Shown here: piece by piece, positions 8,264-15,892 of the stretch
Layout of the letters: each line of letters begins with the position of its first letter
How positions within the stretch are numbered: position 1 is the first letter of the stretch
NCBI RefSeq assembly: GCF_006345805.1
Contig: NW_021825016.1
Span: 1 to 15,892 of the forward strand
From: Octopus sinensis
Taxonomy: Eukaryota
Length of the DNA stretch: 15,892 nt
Direction of reading: 5' to 3'
Notes under the pieces: generated by a model
What the model saw: only the letters and a program-made list of their open reading frames with translations
The model's database searches: none
What the model was told of the DNA's origin: nothing
Position numbers and translations under genes: made by a program

Positions 8264-8435
8264 TGCACAAGGCCTGAAATTTTGGAGAAAGGCGATGGAC
8301 GATTCCATCGACTCCAGTGTTCAACTGGTTCTTATTTTATCGATCCTGATAAAATGAAAGGCTAAGTCGACCTCCACAGAATTTGAGCTGAAACGTAAAG
8401 GCTGGTGAAATGCTGGTAAGCATCAACGATTCTTG
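8262..8435 (-). mobile_element. tRNA-derived SINE family B, diverged copy
   Basis: gcacaaggcctgaaattt...catcgactccag...tgaaaggctaagtcgacctc...gaatttgagctgaaacgta...aacgattc aligns to 7995-8183. Confidence 0.8.
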
Positions 8436-8590
8436 TAGTGTTTGTGAAGGTCGTCGCCAGAATCCCTTAATGTAGGCCGCAAAAACATCAACAACAACGT
8501 CAACAACAATGCGGTGGTAATAACAACAACAAACCCAGCAATTAGTAAAACCAATAACAACAACAGCAAAAATAAGAAAACGGCTCTTAC

Positions 8591-8596
8591 CTCCAT
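8591..8596 (-). CDS. Probable first coding exon fragment (Met-Glu) of a minus-strand gene; 5' UTR extends to ~8660
   Basis: Minus strand caacATGGAG|GTAAGAg: good invertebrate Kozak context and a strong donor (GT at 8590-8589), lying immediately downstream of YY1/ETS/E-box motifs. The next exon was not identified. Confidence 0.5.
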
Positions 8597-8639
8597 GTTG
8601 TGCCTGCTGGGAGGATGCTCCTCCGACCAGACAACTTTA

Positions 8640-8770
8640 ACAGCCAAAATGGCGGCGTAAGAAAACTGAAATATTGAAATTGTGATCCGGAAGTGTTGTA
8701 CTGAAACATCCGTCAGAGGTCGCAGGTAGGATCACGTGGATCATACGATTGGATCTCGTGGATCATGTGG
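8640..8770. promoter_or_regulatory. Housekeeping-type (possibly bidirectional) promoter
   Basis: YY1 consensus AAAATGGCGGC 8646-8656; ETS/GABP CCGGAAGTG 8687-8695; TCACGTGG 8732-8739; GATTGG (inverted CCAAT) 8747-8752; CpG-containing island amid microsatellites. Confidence 0.6.
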
Positions 8771-9115
8771 CTTTGTGAGATCAAGGAGTTGCTCGAACAA
8801 TGTCAACATCATCAGCAACAACCACAATAACATTAGTATCGCCTTTGCTATCATCATCATCGTCGTCATCATCAAAAATAGTATCAATCGAAGCAATGTT
8901 AACCACAACTTAAACATGATGGTGATGGTCATAATGATGAGGGTGATGATGATGTTGGCAATAGTGATAGTAGTGATGGTGATGACAACGGCCATAATTA
9001 GCGGTTGTTGTTGTCAATTAGTCTCAAGATTTGTTATTTGTGTTGTTTTTGTATTTATGGTCGCTTCTTTCTAATGATTTTGGACATTCATGTTGTTCTT
9101 ATAGGTGTTATTGCA

Positions 9116-9139
9116 GCAGCAGCAGCAACAGTGGTAGTA

Positions 9140-9183
<44 letters not shown>
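9116..9183. repeat. (CAG)n then (TAG)n trinucleotide
   Basis: Direct reading. Confidence 0.95.
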
Positions 9184-9976
9184 TTCTCAATTACATCTTC
9201 CTATTGTTAAGTATCACCACTTTAAATCTGTCATATTTCCAATATCGTCTCTCCACCCTCACCCCCTCTCCATTCGCTGTCCACCGGTTTATTGGTCAAT
9301 TTTCAGCCAGAACACTGTTAATTGACCACTGGTCTAGTTTATCCCGCAATAAATACTTGGCCAGCATTCCCATTATTTCTTAACTATCCACATGACAATC
9401 ACCGCCCATTCACCCGTGACCCACACCCCTCCTCTGATCACAGCTTACACCGCCAACTCATTCTCCCCCACCCACTCCATCACCCACTAACCACAACCTC
9501 TCACTCCTCACATCCCTTGCCACCTCCCAGTGTCTTGACCATGGACACGATGGTACCTACGTACAGCTAGACGGACTGGGACGTTACATGTTTATGTGAA
9601 ACAGCAGCGACAGAATTCGTAATTCAAATTCTTTCATGGTTTTACCAGGTATCAATAGTTTTACCTTTTATCGTTTTCTCCAAACATATACACTCACTCA
9701 CACATACACACATATACATACTCATACATACATATACTCATACGCACACATATACATACACACATATACACACGTGTATGTAACTGGTCTAGAGGCGTGT
9801 ACTATTTCTACCTATTAAGTATAGCGACCTTGTGTTACTCCGTTAAGGGTCAGACTGTTTTGATCCTTTCATACATAAACTGATTCGGTTACCTACCATA
9901 AATCATATCCTATCATATTACATCATATGTATATATATACTCATAAAAGGCTAATATTGGTAAAATGAGACATACT

Positions 9977-10006
9977 TATCTACATGGCCGAAACAGCTGT
10001 AAGATG
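9977..10006 (+). ncRNA. 3' half of a hammerhead-like motif (GGCC-GAAA-CAGCTG-TA-AGATG); 5' core absent
   Basis: GAAA 9990-9993, palindromic stem III ACAGCTGT, GUA triplet 9999-10001, AGATG able to pair with TATCT 9977-9981; no CUGANGA present. Confidence 0.4.
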
Positions 10007-10483
10007 TAATCTATACTTATATTTATATTTACTTATATTTATATTCTCTTTTATATATATTCTACTTATTATACAACATTACTCTTTTATGTACACTTTT
10101 TTATGTACATTCCTTTATGTACACTGATTTGTTCTGCTTTTTATATTTAACCCTACAGTCTCTTATGTGGTGGTTTAATAAAGTATGTGATTGAGTATTA
10201 TCTGGTAATTGATATTTGATTTAGATGTATTTCTCCATTTTCTTATCTTGTATTAGTAATTTGTGGTAAATCATTTTACTTTTGCCCATATAATACAGTA
10301 AATGAATTGATTGCATCGCAATCATTAACATTTATGTATTAACTTTGTTGGGTACTTCACTAGCAGTATATTGGATATATGTTATCCCATGGAGGGTTGC
10401 ATTTACAACCCCTATCTCAATTTGTATATATGTATATATATATCAGTTGTAAATTGTAAAACATAACTGTGATCACTACTACC

Positions 10484-10528
10484 TGAACCTGAAGATTGCA
10501 TAGTTTAATGCATGAAAGTAATAGTTCA
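10484..10528 (+). ncRNA. Minimal type I hammerhead ribozyme motif (Penelope-like/retrozyme class), slightly degenerate
   Basis: Stem I TGAAC 10484-88 / GTTCA 10524-28; core CTGAAGA 10489-95; stem II TGCAT 10497-501 / ATGCA 10508-12 with 6-nt loop, closed by U.U; GAAA 10514-17; 4-nt loop GTAA; UA cleavage site 10522-23. Confidence 0.65.
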
Positions 10529-10627
10529 ATTCCAATGGTCATTTAATATTCTATCATTTCATTATATTATATTATCTTATATTATTATAAGATTGTAAAT
10601 AAAACGTGAAAATCAAAGTTGGAATTT

Positions 10628-10649
10628 CTTTGAATAACACACGCACATA

Positions 10650-10684
<35 letters not shown>

Positions 10685-10772
10685 CTATATATATATATAT
10701 ATCTATATAACATCTATACATACATATATATATATATAATATATATATATATATATAGATTATATATATATA

Positions 10773-10828
<56 letters not shown>

Positions 10829-10990
10829 ATATATATAACGGAAGCTTTATGAAAATAGACAAAAGACGAAGGCAGGTGGAAAACAACGAACAATATATAT
10901 ATATATATGTATGCATATAGATATAAGATAGATAGATAGATACATACATACATACATACACACACGCATGCATACATACATATACACGCA
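10628..10990. repeat. (TA)n, (GATA)n and (TACA)n microsatellites
   Basis: Direct reading. Confidence 0.95.
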
Positions 10991-11319
10991 AACACTTAAG
11001 TCGTACGATTTTAGTTCAACTAAGTGAGATACTTAATCAGAAAGTGCACAACGACTCAATGGGAAGTCGGTGCTATGAATGTTATCGTTATGTGAATTAA
11101 ATGAAGCGGAATATACTACAAAAACAAAATATTTACCTCAAGTTATCCCGTGAGATGTTAAGGTGCTTTAGTGCTTGTTTACTTCATCAGCCGTTGTTGA
11201 ACTAAAGACTGTTAGTTGCTTACATACATATCCAATTGCTGTTGGTAGTGATTGATGTATAAATCGATCAGGAATGGTAAGAAGAAAGAAGTAATCACAT
11301 CACTGATAACTGTCGCAGA

Positions 11320-11515
11320 AAAGTAGTGCAAAATGGCCTCAAATTTGAGTGCGGGCCATAATCGATGAAATCACTCTCAGTACATGGCCAGTGCATTATT
11401 TGATTGATTAGAGGAGAATGAAAGGCAAAGCTGATGTCGGCAGCGTTTGAATTGAGAACGTAAAGGACTGTAAGAAAATAGCACAGCAGATCATGTCTGG
11501 CTCAGCCGATTCGTC
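11320..11515 (-). mobile_element. tRNA-derived SINE family B, old diverged copy
   Basis: ggcctcaaattt...gaatgaaaggcaaagctgatgtcggcagcgtttgaattgagaacgtaaag...gattc aligns to 8262-8435 and 7995-8183. Confidence 0.7.
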
Positions 11516-11544
11516 GAAGGAATGAATGAAGTTAAGAAAAAGAA

Positions 11545-11845
11545 AGAAAATGTCGGTTACGACGACGAGGGATCCAGTTGATCTGATCAACGGAACAGCC
11601 TGCTCGTGAAATTAACGTGCAAGTGGCTGAGTACTCCACAGACACGTGTACTGTTAATGTAGTTCTCAGTGAGATTCAGTGTGACACAGAATCTAAAAAG
11701 GTTGGTCGCCTTCAATTCATTTTTGCCAATTGAGTGCACAGGAGCAACATGAAATAAAGGACACACGACGCTGCTGGGAATCGAACTCACGACCTTACGA
11801 TCGTGCGCCGAATGCTCTAACCACTAAGCCACGTGCACCTTCACA
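11545..11845 (-). mobile_element. tRNA-derived SINE family C, near full length
   Basis: Minus-strand head gtggcttagtggttagagcattcgg (A box TGGCTTAGTGG 11821-11831), gagttcgattccc (B box 11776-11787), body to aactggatccctcgtcgtcgtaaccga and a (TTTC)-rich tail. Recalled Octopus SINE. Confidence 0.88.
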
Positions 11846-12049
11846 ATGCATGAAACATTGAACGAATGAATAAGATTTTTCAATGTGCAGTCTTAACAAG
11901 CTTGTAAAAGCAGCTACATGGAGGACAATACTCCCTCTGGCGGAGGGGACTTGAAGCTCGCATCTGTCGTTTCCTGGGCAGCCATATTGTCAGTTATATT
12001 TTGTTCTATTGAACGGCAGTTGAAGAACTAATGCGGACCTAAATGAGCT

Positions 12050-12245
12050 GAGAAAGGAGTTGCAAGGAATAGCAGCTAAGTCACCCTCAAAACATATTGT
12101 GCTATTTGAAATAAGGAAGGACATATTGAGCAATGTATACCTAGATATACAGGGCCTCACAAATATGTAGATGTAAATGGTCACAGCTAAGATCGATTTG
12201 ATCATAGGGTTTCTACATCAGGAACGACCAGGGTTAAACAACAAA
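12050..12245 (+). mobile_element. Family D repeat copy with AAC tail
   Basis: aatagcagctaagtcaccctcaaa...ggtcacagct...tttgatcatagg...gaccagggttaaacaac. Confidence 0.65.
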
Positions 12246-12255
12246 TACGCAGACA

Positions 12256-12690
12256 TCACACACACACACACACACGGTGGGGGGGGGGGGCACTTGTCTG
12301 TCAAGCTGTGTACAGTGTACGCGGCGGGGTGGGCGACAGACTGGGAGAAGGTTACTTACAACTAATCGAAAAAGAACAGAATTTCTCTCCTTTCCTTTCC
12401 CATCTCTCTCTCCTTTTCCTCTTGTTTCTCTTCTCTTCCTCCTCTCTCTCTCTTTCTCACTTCTTCTTCTCCCCTCCCATCTTTCTCTCTCTCTCTCTCT
12501 CTTCTCCTCTCTCTTCAGAGTTGAATTCTTTCACAATGAAATCTCTGGCTAATTATCATATCTGATAAAGATGGGAAGTGTTTACAGCTGACTTCAGTAG
12601 CAACAACAACAACATCGACAGCATCAATGAACAACAGCAGTAAGAACAAGAACAATAACAATAGTAAACAACAACAAAAACGAATAAAAA
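12256..12690. repeat. (CA)n, poly-G, (CT)n and (AAC)n tracts
   Basis: Direct reading. Confidence 0.9.
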
Positions 12691-12712
12691 AAAGGCAAAA
12701 CGTGAACCACAA

Positions 12713-12910
12713 TGTGGCGACTTGACTTGCCAGAAATAACAAGCAATTCTAGATCTAATTACAACTTAAATGTTTTAAAATGGATGTATGCATCGGGTAA
12801 TATAATGCTAAAGATATTGTATCTAAATAAAAGTGAGATGGTTACTGCTGGAACGTCTTTTACTATAAGTTTAGCCGAAAGATCATAAACCAGAAGCCGA
12901 TCAACACAAA
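12713..12910 (+). mobile_element. Family D repeat, highly diverged copy
   Basis: gtggcgacttgacttgccagaaataac head and gagatggttactgctggaacgtcttt body resemble the other copies. Confidence 0.5.
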
Positions 12911-13294
12911 AATTTGTATGAAGAAAAGACAAAATTAGGAAGTTTCAGAAAGTCTGTTAGACTTCAGAAACCTGGAAGTAGTTTGGTGAAGGAAGAATTT
13001 TATCTGGAAAGTTCCAGCAACACATTTCTGTATTGCTGATGGGACCCAACCGAGTCTGGAACATGTCCATAGCTGTTCTTTGTCTCAACAAATATTAAAT
13101 TGTCCTTTGACATGAAATATGTCAATTCAACAATGACATTCCTAATAATCTCTCCTTGTCATCCAGAGTGGCGAACAATTATCGCTAGGCTTTTGTTTAC
13201 CTTCCATGTCTCTGGAAAAATATTTTAGTAAATTTAAAATTCATCGTCTAAGGCATTCAGTACACCGCATTGCCTTATGTAAACGTCAACTCCC

Positions 13295-13490
13295 TCTGTG
13301 TGATCGACTGACAAAATAGAAAGAGAAGCAGTATCGTCCTCAAATCATACACTCCCTCTTCAGAAATGGGAAGGACACTTTGGAGACAGTGTGGTTGTGG
13401 CAACTGGGTTGATAACAACTGAAACCTTTTGGTCATAAGACTGATCGACCAAGGTTGACTCGGGGCTAAATAAAACAACAACCTAAAACA
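13295..13490 (+). mobile_element. Family D repeat, diverged copy
   Basis: cctcaaatcatacac...gggaaggacac...tttggtcataagactgatcgaccaaggttgactcggggctaaataaaacaacaac. Confidence 0.6.
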
Positions 13491-13909
13491 ACGAAGAGTT
13501 AAAATAGTTCGTAATTCTAAGCACTTTTGTTTGACTTCAGAAAATGCAGTTAATTCGGAAAAAGAACCCTAAATGTTTCCCAGAATACGAAGGAGGGATT
13601 CATATTCTCACCGAATCTACAGAAGAGCTCCTTAAAAGGGAGCTTAGAACTATGGCAAATGACAAAATCGTGTCGAGTAAAAACAACTCGACATCCATAG
13701 ATGTTAAAATAAACATAACACCATTATTAATAAGAATTAAATATTTTAATGTATTAACCATCGATTTGTTTAAACCTTCACCACCACCTCCGACATGACT
13801 GTAGGCTGTGGAGTAGAACCCCCTCGAGACCCCGAAGACTGGGGGTGTGGCAGAAAAAAGAAACAAAGTTTTAGAAGTGGGAGACGGAGACGAGTAAAAG
13901 GGAGATGAA

Positions 13910-13955
<46 letters not shown>

Positions 13956-14413
13956 TAGAGTTACGTCATATTGACTGCTGTGTAACAATATACTTATATA
14001 GACACACACACACACACACTCACACACACACACGGGTGCGCACGCATATATATACATGTATTCATGCATAAGATTACCTGCGAATATACATATTACACAC
14101 ATTTTGACATGAAGATACACCGAAATATATGAACAAATGAAAACACACAACTGTCGAATATATATTCATATCTACATACATATGAGTGTATATATGTATG
14201 CATGTATGTATGTGTGTGCGTGCATGTCTGTGTGTGTGCATGTGTGTGTGTGTATGTGTGTTCAAATTTATTCTCTAACCAAGAAACTGCTGACTTTTAA
14301 ATAAAAAAAATATTACTGACATTAATAATTGTAAACACATACACCTAAAAAATAATATATATATTATATACACGCACACGCACATACATATACATATACA
14401 AATATTCCTATGT

Positions 14414-14460
<47 letters not shown>

Positions 14461-14517
14461 ATGTGAGTGTAAATATATATTTTTGTGTGTGTGCACGCGC
14501 GCATGCATGTGCATATA

Positions 14518-14566
<49 letters not shown>

Positions 14567-14625
14567 ATGCATATATATGTGTATGTGTGGTGTGTGGGTG
14601 TGTGTGTGTGTGTGTTTTGTGTGAG
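13910..14625. repeat. (GA)n, (CA)n, (TG)n and (TA)n microsatellite cluster
   Basis: Direct reading. Confidence 0.93.
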
Positions 14626-14954
14626 TAAATTGCGGTAAGTCTCTATCCATAACAGTGTTTCAGATTTCACATGCAACCCACGTATTCAAAGATATATATA
14701 TACGGGGGGGGGGGTTACCATCGAGTGCGGCACTTCTCACGATGTTCCAGCGTACTCAACTGAAAATGAAGTACAAACCGAGTACACTGCATCCCCTCTC
14801 TCTCTCTCTCTCTCACTCTCCCTGCAGCTTCCACATCCTGGATGTTCCACTGCAAAAGCCGAGACGCTGCTTGTATCTGCTTGTGATTACACAGGCTCCT
14901 AAAATAATTAGTGAAGGCATGGTACATATTACCAAGGTATACAGCCTTGCAACT

Positions 14955-15026
14955 GTGTATGTATGTATATGTAACGACTGTGTATGTATGTATATATATA
15001 TATATATATACACACACACATATATG

Positions 15027-15078
<52 letters not shown>

Positions 15079-15420
15079 CGTGAATGGCAGCCCCCATTAA
15101 TTCATATAAATTAATATTGTTGAACAGTTTTGGTGAAAAATACCTTCCTAACACTAATTATAGCCTGTGGAGTGTCTTGTGACCGTGTGTGTATGTGTAT
15201 GTTTGTGTGTGTATGTGCGTGTAATATATATAATATATATGTATATATATATATATAATATATATACCAGAGAGAGTGGGGAGAGAGAAATAAAGAAAGA
15301 GAGGGGAGAGAAACATAGATACATGTCTCTAAGCATGTGTGTGTGTTGCATATATATATAGGTATATATATATATAATATATTATATATATATATGAGAG
15401 CGCACGTGTGTGTAGATGCA
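14955..15420. repeat. (TA)n, (CA)n, (TG)n and (GA)n microsatellite cluster
   Basis: Direct reading. Confidence 0.92.
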
Positions 15421-15714
15421 TCTAAAAACATGTTTGACGAGTGTTTACCTTAATGAGTGTAGAAGTGTTTACTTAAATGATTGTGTGTATATGTGGGTAG
15501 CGAGGGGTGGGTGGGGCAGGGGGGTAGCTAGGGGTGGTGGCATGGTACAGATGATGGAGACTGACAGGTGAAGACGGTGGAGCAATGCGGGTAGTATGGA
15601 GGGGGGTGTGATGCCATACACCTGAGTATCGTCTTTAAACCAGGTGTGGCTGCGGGTATGAGTTGGGGTGGGAGTCGGGGCTGCGGTGAAGAATATGCCT
15701 CACTCCATCAGCAC

Positions 15715-15870
15715 CGCCACCGACAACAACATCATCATCATCATCACCCCCGTTATCAGCAACACAACGCTACCACCATCACCATCATCACTACTAACAC
15801 CACCACTATCATCGGCACTTCCATCACCTACCACCCCCACCACAACCCCACCACTGCAGCCGTCGCAACC
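15715..15870. repeat. Degenerate (CAT/CAC/AAC)n tract
   Basis: Direct reading. Confidence 0.85.
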
Positions 15871-15892
15871 ATATGTTATGTGAATGATTCAT

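Larger units (their letters stand above)
9790..10626 (+). mobile_element. Possible non-autonomous Penelope-like element remnant(s) (pLTR-like, AT-rich, no ORF)
   Basis: Two hammerhead-type motifs, each followed by AT-rich sequence and AATAAA (10177-82, 10598-603). Inferred from the established PLE-hammerhead association; boundaries approximate. Confidence 0.4.

Noticed and set aside
7620-8435. CRISPR-like repeat/spacer periodicity
   Set aside because: The units are diverged SINE copies separated by microsatellites in a eukaryotic context; no constant-length repeats and spacers, and no cas genes.
9531-9599. Acceptor plus short frame CLDHGHDGTYVQLDGLGRYMFM*
   Set aside because: The acceptor derives from C-rich low-complexity sequence; the peptide is unrecognised; chance expectation is high.
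11010-11206. 11-bp inverted repeat tttagttcaac / gttgaactaaa as MITE ends
   Set aside because: Short and AT-rich, with no TSD or further similarity.
11770-11845. tRNA gene
   Set aside because: A and B boxes are present but there is no complete cloverleaf or acceptor stem; it is the head of a SINE. The same applies at ~1370-1438 and ~8110-8183.
12875-13039. 54-codon open frame after tttAG (PKDHKPEADQH...)
   Set aside because: It begins inside the tail of a family D repeat copy; no homolog or good donor.
7-15883. The majority of ORFs in the supplied track (Y/I, C/V, H/T, M/I, poly-L, poly-P/T/G)
   Set aside because: They are direct translations of di-, tri- and tetranucleotide microsatellites, which lack stop codons in some frames; no domain content.

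Overview
This is eukaryotic, repeat-dense, mostly non-coding DNA, most likely from an octopod cephalopod (Octopus). That assignment rests on the extreme microsatellite load and on SINE families I recognise from memory; no database search was run. Nearly all ORFs in the supplied track are translations of microsatellites. Supportable content: (1) a ~1.4 kb 5'-truncated, degenerate Hero-clade (RLE-type) non-LTR retrotransposon on the minus strand (~3985-5405), with a 46-bp inverted repeat at its 5' junction; (2) eleven copies of four SINE-like families; (3) a housekeeping-type promoter island (YY1, ETS, E-box array) at ~8590-8770 with a probable minus-strand first exon (ATG GAG|GTAAGA); (4) a probable terminal coding exon at 670-734 whose peptide resembles a nuclear-receptor AF-2 helix; (5) a near-complete minimal type I hammerhead ribozyme motif at 10484-10528 and a second half-hammerhead at ~9980-10006, suggesting a Penelope-like/retrozyme remnant. 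No complete protein-coding gene, rRNA, tRNA gene or CRISPR array is supported.
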